From a virus (taxonomy: Duplodnaviria > Heunggongvirae > Uroviricota > Caudoviricetes), in IMG/VR virus record IMGVR_UViG_3300027806_000037, positions 64,001-83,939 of that record: a stretch of 19,939 bases of DNA; one strand, given 5' to 3'. Position numbers and translations under genes: made by a program. The notes under the pieces are model-generated. The model ran no database searches, was not told the DNA's origin, and saw nothing but the letters and a program-made list of their open reading frames with translations. How positions within the stretch are numbered: the first letter of the stretch is position 1; every line of letters begins with the position of its first letter. Of this stretch, positions 16,281 to 19,939 are shown piece by piece.

Positions 16281-19200
16281 ATGGCAACATCCAATAAAGT
16301 CTTTGTATCTCCGGGGGTTTACACTTCAGAGCGAGACTTAAGTTTTGTGGCACAAAGTGTAGGTGTCACAACCTTAGGTATTGCTGGTGAAACTCAAAAA
16401 GGTCCGGCTTTCGAACCTATATTCATCACAAGTTACGATGAATTTGAAACTTATTTTGGTGGAACATCACCAGAAAAGTTTATAAACACACAAATTCCAA
16501 AATATGAAGCTGCTTACATAGCAAAATCTTATTTACAGCAATCAAACCAATTGTTTGTATCAAGAATTCTTGGTCTTTCTGGTTATGATGCTGGTCCTTC
16601 ATGGTCAATTAAGATTAATGCTAATATGAATCCAGCAACGGTTTCATTATCTAGCTGCACAACTTATTGCTCCGCTGGTGAATATTTAACAAGCGGTTGC
16701 ACCGTAGAAGCACCAATTACATTTACAATTAATTTTACAGGTAATACTTGTTCACTTAGCAGTATTGTAATTAGTGGTGATTCAAATTACAACAGCATTA
16801 TTGGTCAATATGCTACAAGTGAATATGAGCAGTTTAATGGAAGTATTTCAACATTAGAAGAAGATTTAAAAGAGCAAATCTTTGGTGTTATGAGTTCAAC
16901 CGGTACAAGCGGAAGCTCAGTTTATTACTTCGGTTCTATTCCCGCTTCAGCAACAACTGTATCACCCTTAAGTGCTTACACAGCATCAACAAATGCGGTT
17001 AACGTATTTAGTGTAGCTGACCCGGTTAGCTTGAATCAATTAACATCAAGATTAAACGATTCTTGGTACTTTGCAACATTCAATCAATTTGCACCTAATG
17101 TAACGGTACTACCTAACGGTGAATCGGTAACACCTAACTACTCAGGTATTTCATTCTATAGTGTTGTTAATAGTTTAGTGTTCTCAGGTCAGGTATGTAC
17201 AACAGCATCTACGTCAACTACAACATCGACAACAACAGATCCTTGCGCTGCTCCAGTACCCTCACAAACACCTGTTGCTCCGGTGGTTACATGCTGCAAT
17301 TACTTTACAGGAACATTAACGGGTACAATTTACACATTATTTGGTAAACAATTTAATGATTACCAAGATTTGGTTGTTGCAACTCTAAGATCTAGAGGTG
17401 TTGTTGATTATGTGTCAAGTAATGGACCTGTTTATGAAATCTCAACATTAAATTATGTTGGTCTCGATTGTACCACAGATTCTTATGAATTAGTACAAAA
17501 AAATCCTTTTATGTCATTTGCAATTACTGGTTTTACAGATGCGGGTCAATACTTTAACTTCAAAACCTCAATGAGTAACACCGATAAGAACTTCATTGAT
17601 AGAGTTCTTGGTTCGGGTAACTTTAGCAAACCAAAAACCGAAGTTCCTTTATTTGTTGAAGAAAATTATTCAAACTTATTAACTTATGGTTGGAATAAGG
17701 GTTATGTAAGAGGTTTACAATGTAACTTATTGGCTTTAGATAGTGCGAGAAGTAATGATGGAAATTCTATCGGTTGGTATCTTGATAGATATCAAACACC
17801 AATTACTCCGTTTATTGTGTCTGAATTAAGAGGTAATAAAGTATTTAAGCTCTTTAAATTCCATAGTATTTCAGATGGTACAAATGCAAATACTGAAATT
17901 AAGATTTCAATCGCTAATATTTCATTTGCAAATGGAACATTTGATATCTTGGTAAGAGATTATAATGATACTGATCAAAATCCGGTTGTAATTGAGAAGT
18001 TCTCAAACTGTAGCATGAATCCTTCTCTTAATAACTTCGTTGCTAAGAGAATTGGTACTGTTGATGGGGAATATGAACTTAAGTCAAAGTATGTTATGGT
18101 TGAATTAAGTGATGAATATCCTACTGATGCATTACCTTGCGGTTTCGAGGGTTACTTAATGAGAGAATATGATAATGAAACATCTCCGTTCGTTGTCTAC
18201 AAAACAAAATATGATTTTCCGGGTGAAGTTATCTACAATCCTCCATTTGGTACATTAGCTGGTGCTGAAGATTCAATCACAAGTAGCGGCGATAGAGTAA
18301 GAAATACTTACTTAGGTATTTCTTCAGAAATTCCGGTTGATTCAGATTTCTTCTACTACAAAGGTAAGAAAAATGTTTCATCAGTTGAGCTTTGCACAAG
18401 TGAAACATCAGATTCTTGGTTGTATTTAACAAAAGGTTTCCACATGGATTCTGGTGCTAGCGTTGTAAAGATTTCTTCTGATTATGTAACATCAGGTAAA
18501 CCTGCGTTTGATGTTGGTGTAACTTCATTCAGGAGTGAACCCACATCAGCAAATAATCCTTACTACAAATTACAATCTCGTAAGTTTACTCTCTACTTAC
18601 AAAATGGTTTCGACGGTTGGGACATTTATACAGAATCAAGAACAAATACTGATAGATTCCAATTAGGTGGTTCCGGTTACCAAAATGGTGCTTGTCCTTC
18701 AGTTAGATATCCTGATGCAACCGGTGTTGGATTGTTAAAACAAATCTCTGTAAATGACACATTTACCGATTATGCTAACACTGACTTCTACGCTTACTTG
18801 TATGGTATCAGACAATTTGCAAATCCTGAAGCAACAACAATTAACGTTCTTGTAACTCCGGGTATTGATTTTGTAAATAACTTACAATTAATTGAGGATA
18901 CAATTACAATGGTTGAACAAGAAAGAGCGGATTCACTTTATGTCATGACAACTCCTGACATGAATATGTTTGTTCCAACAGCTTCAGATCCTGCTGATTT
19001 CTACACACCAACAGATATTGTTGATCAGTTAGAAGCTGCAAATATTGACACAAACTACACAGCAACTTACTATCCTTGGATTCTTGTTAAGGACACGGTA
19101 AATAATACTCAGGTATATATTCCTTCTACGGGTGAAGTTTGCAGAAACTTCGCACTAACCGATAACATTGCATTCCCTTGGTTCGCAACCGCTGGTTACA

Positions 19201-19670
19201 CAAGAGGTATCGTAAATTCTGTTAAAGCAAGAAAGAAGCTCACTCAAGAGGATAGAGACACCTTGTATCAGGGTAGAATTAACCCGATTGCAACCTTCAG
19301 CGATGTTGGTACTGTAATTTGGGGTAATAAGACTCTACAAGTTGCTGAATCCGCTCTTGATAGAATCAACGTTAGAAGATTGTTGTTACAAACAAGAAAG
19401 TTAATTTCTGCTGTAGCTGTTAGATTGTTATTCGAACAAAATGATAGTAAGGTAAGACAAGACTTCTTGGATGCTGTTAATCCGATACTTGATTCGATTA
19501 GAAGAGATAGGGGTCTATACGACTTCAGAGTAACGCTCTCATCAAGTCCTGAGGATTTAGATAGAAATCAATTAGTTGGTAAAATTTACATTAAACCAAC
19601 AAAGTCGCTTGAGATAATTGATTTGGAATTCTTAATTACACCTACTGGTGCAAGTTTCGAAAATATCTAA
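16281..19670 (+). CDS. Contractile tail sheath protein (T4 gp18-like) with large insertions
   Basis: N-terminal FVSPGVYTSERDLS, GETQKGPAFEPIFITSYDEFETYFG, and C-terminal YYPWI, WFATAG.TRG, RDTLYQGRINPI, WGNKTL, RINVRRLL, FEQND and IKPTKSLEIIDLEF. Confidence 0.96.
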   Translation: MATSNKVFVSPGVYTSERDLSFVAQSVGVTTLGIAGETQKGPAFEPIFITSYDEFETYFGGTSPEKFINTQIPKYEAAYIAKSYLQQSNQLFVSRILGLSGYDAGPSWSIKINANMNPATVSLSSCTTYCSAGEYLTSGCTVEAPITFTINFTGNTCSLSSIVISGDSNYNSIIGQYATSEYEQFNGSISTLEEDLKEQIFGVMSSTGTSGSSVYYFGSIPASATTVSPLSAYTASTNAVNVFSVADPVSLNQLTSRLNDSWYFATFNQFAPNVTVLPNGESVTPNYSGISFYSVVNSLVFSGQVCTTASTSTTTSTTTDPCAAPVPSQTPVAPVVTCCNYFTGTLTGTIYTLFGKQFNDYQDLVVATLRSRGVVDYVSSNGPVYEISTLNYVGLDCTTDSYELVQKNPFMSFAITGFTDAGQYFNFKTSMSNTDKNFIDRVLGSGNFSKPKTEVPLFVEENYSNLLTYGWNKGYVRGLQCNLLALDSARSNDGNSIGWYLDRYQTPITPFIVSELRGNKVFKLFKFHSISDGTNANTEIKISIANISFANGTFDILVRDYNDTDQNPVVIEKFSNCSMNPSLNNFVAKRIGTVDGEYELKSKYVMVELSDEYPTDALPCGFEGYLMREYDNETSPFVVYKTKYDFPGEVIYNPPFGTLAGAEDSITSSGDRVRNTYLGISSEIPVDSDFFYYKGKKNVSSVELCTSETSDSWLYLTKGFHMDSGASVVKISSDYVTSGKPAFDVGVTSFRSEPTSANNPYYKLQSRKFTLYLQNGFDGWDIYTESRTNTDRFQLGGSGYQNGACPSVRYPDATGVGLLKQISVNDTFTDYANTDFYAYLYGIRQFANPEATTINVLVTPGIDFVNNLQLIEDTITMVEQERADSLYVMTTPDMNMFVPTASDPADFYTPTDIVDQLEAANIDTNYTATYYPWILVKDTVNNTQVYIPSTGEVCRNFALTDNIAFPWFATAGYTRGIVNSVKARKKLTQEDRDTLYQGRINPIATFSDVGTVIWGNKTLQVAESALDRINVRRLLLQTRKLISAVAVRLLFEQNDSKVRQDFLDAVNPILDSIRRDRGLYDFRVTLSSSPEDLDRNQLVGKIYIKPTKSLEIIDLEFLITPTGASFENI

Positions 19671-19685
19671 AATAAAATAACTAAG

Positions 19686-19720
19686 AAAAAACCCCCTTCA
19701 GAAATGAGTGGGGGTTTTTT
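19686..19720. terminator. Intrinsic terminator after the sheath gene (probably bidirectional)
   Basis: AAAAAACCCCC-TTCA-GAAA-TGAGT-GGGGG-TTTTTT hairpin with a GAAA loop. Confidence 0.9.
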
Positions 19721-19724
19721 ATTT

Positions 19725-19939
19725 TCATATCTTTAACTTAAAAATATGTCTATAATCAACATCGCAAAATAGTGTAAATTTAATCCAAATTAAATTAAGT
19801 GAAATATACCAATACCAAGGTTGAATACCACTTGTTGTTTTGATATATGTACCCTTTTTAAACTCTAAACCAAGTTGTTTTGGTAATAGTCTAATAGTTA
19901 TATCAGACCAAACTGATTTGACTCTAAATTTTAAATCAA
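19725..19939 (-). CDS. Hypothetical protein, truncated at the window end
   Basis: Open minus frame DLKFRVKSVWSDITIRLLPK...YRHIFKLKI* (70 codons) ending at TGA 19727-19725, converging on the terminator. Confidence 0.65.
   Translation of the reverse strand, partial: DLKFRVKSVWSDITIRLLPKQLGLEFKKGTYIKTTSGIQPWYWYISLNLIWIKFTLFCDVDYRHIFKLKI

Noticed and set aside
14459-19670. Bacterial contractile injection system or prophage in a host chromosome
   Set aside because: Surrounding genes are short, tightly coupled phage-type hypotheticals with DenV and kinase/phosphoesterase genes, and there is no bacterial operon context around dnaK or purA. Cannot be fully excluded without the whole contig.

Overview
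AT-rich (roughly 70% A+T by eye), gene-dense fragment of what is most likely a very large contractile-tailed (myovirus-like jumbo/huge) phage. Its host is probably a Bacteroidota bacterium: several promoters match TTTG-N19-20-TAnnTTTG, Shine-Dalgarno sites are not evident, and the signal peptides are Bacteroidota-style. The standard genetic code reads all long genes intact. Left and middle: FKBP-type PPIase, peptidoglycan-binding protein, DenV-like UV-repair glycosylase, secreted metzincin plus lipoproteins, a zinc-ribbon protein, a P-loop kinase/metallophosphoesterase pair, PurA, DnaK and a GMP reductase-like enzyme. Right: a structural block with a 14 x 60-bp tandem-repeat LRR-like gene, putative neck and tail-completion genes, and a 1129-aa tail sheath. 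Main points beyond annotation: (1) the LRR array has synonymously frozen framework codons but hypervariable binding-face codons and mosaic units; (2) the zinc-ribbon transcription unit has complementary 5' and 3' ends (13-bp perfect inverted repeat) and a structured leader; (3) a 20-bp hairpin with a putative late-promoter motif in its upstream arm abuts the start of an unannotated 42-aa basic ORF; (4) two unrelated proteins share an N-terminal leader resembling capsid-targeting/prohead-protease sites; (5) a second unannotated ORF (52 aa, ribbon-helix-helix-like) sits divergent to the sheath. No tRNA, rRNA, CRISPR array, transposase or reverse transcriptase was recognised. All family assignments come from motif recognition, not database searches.
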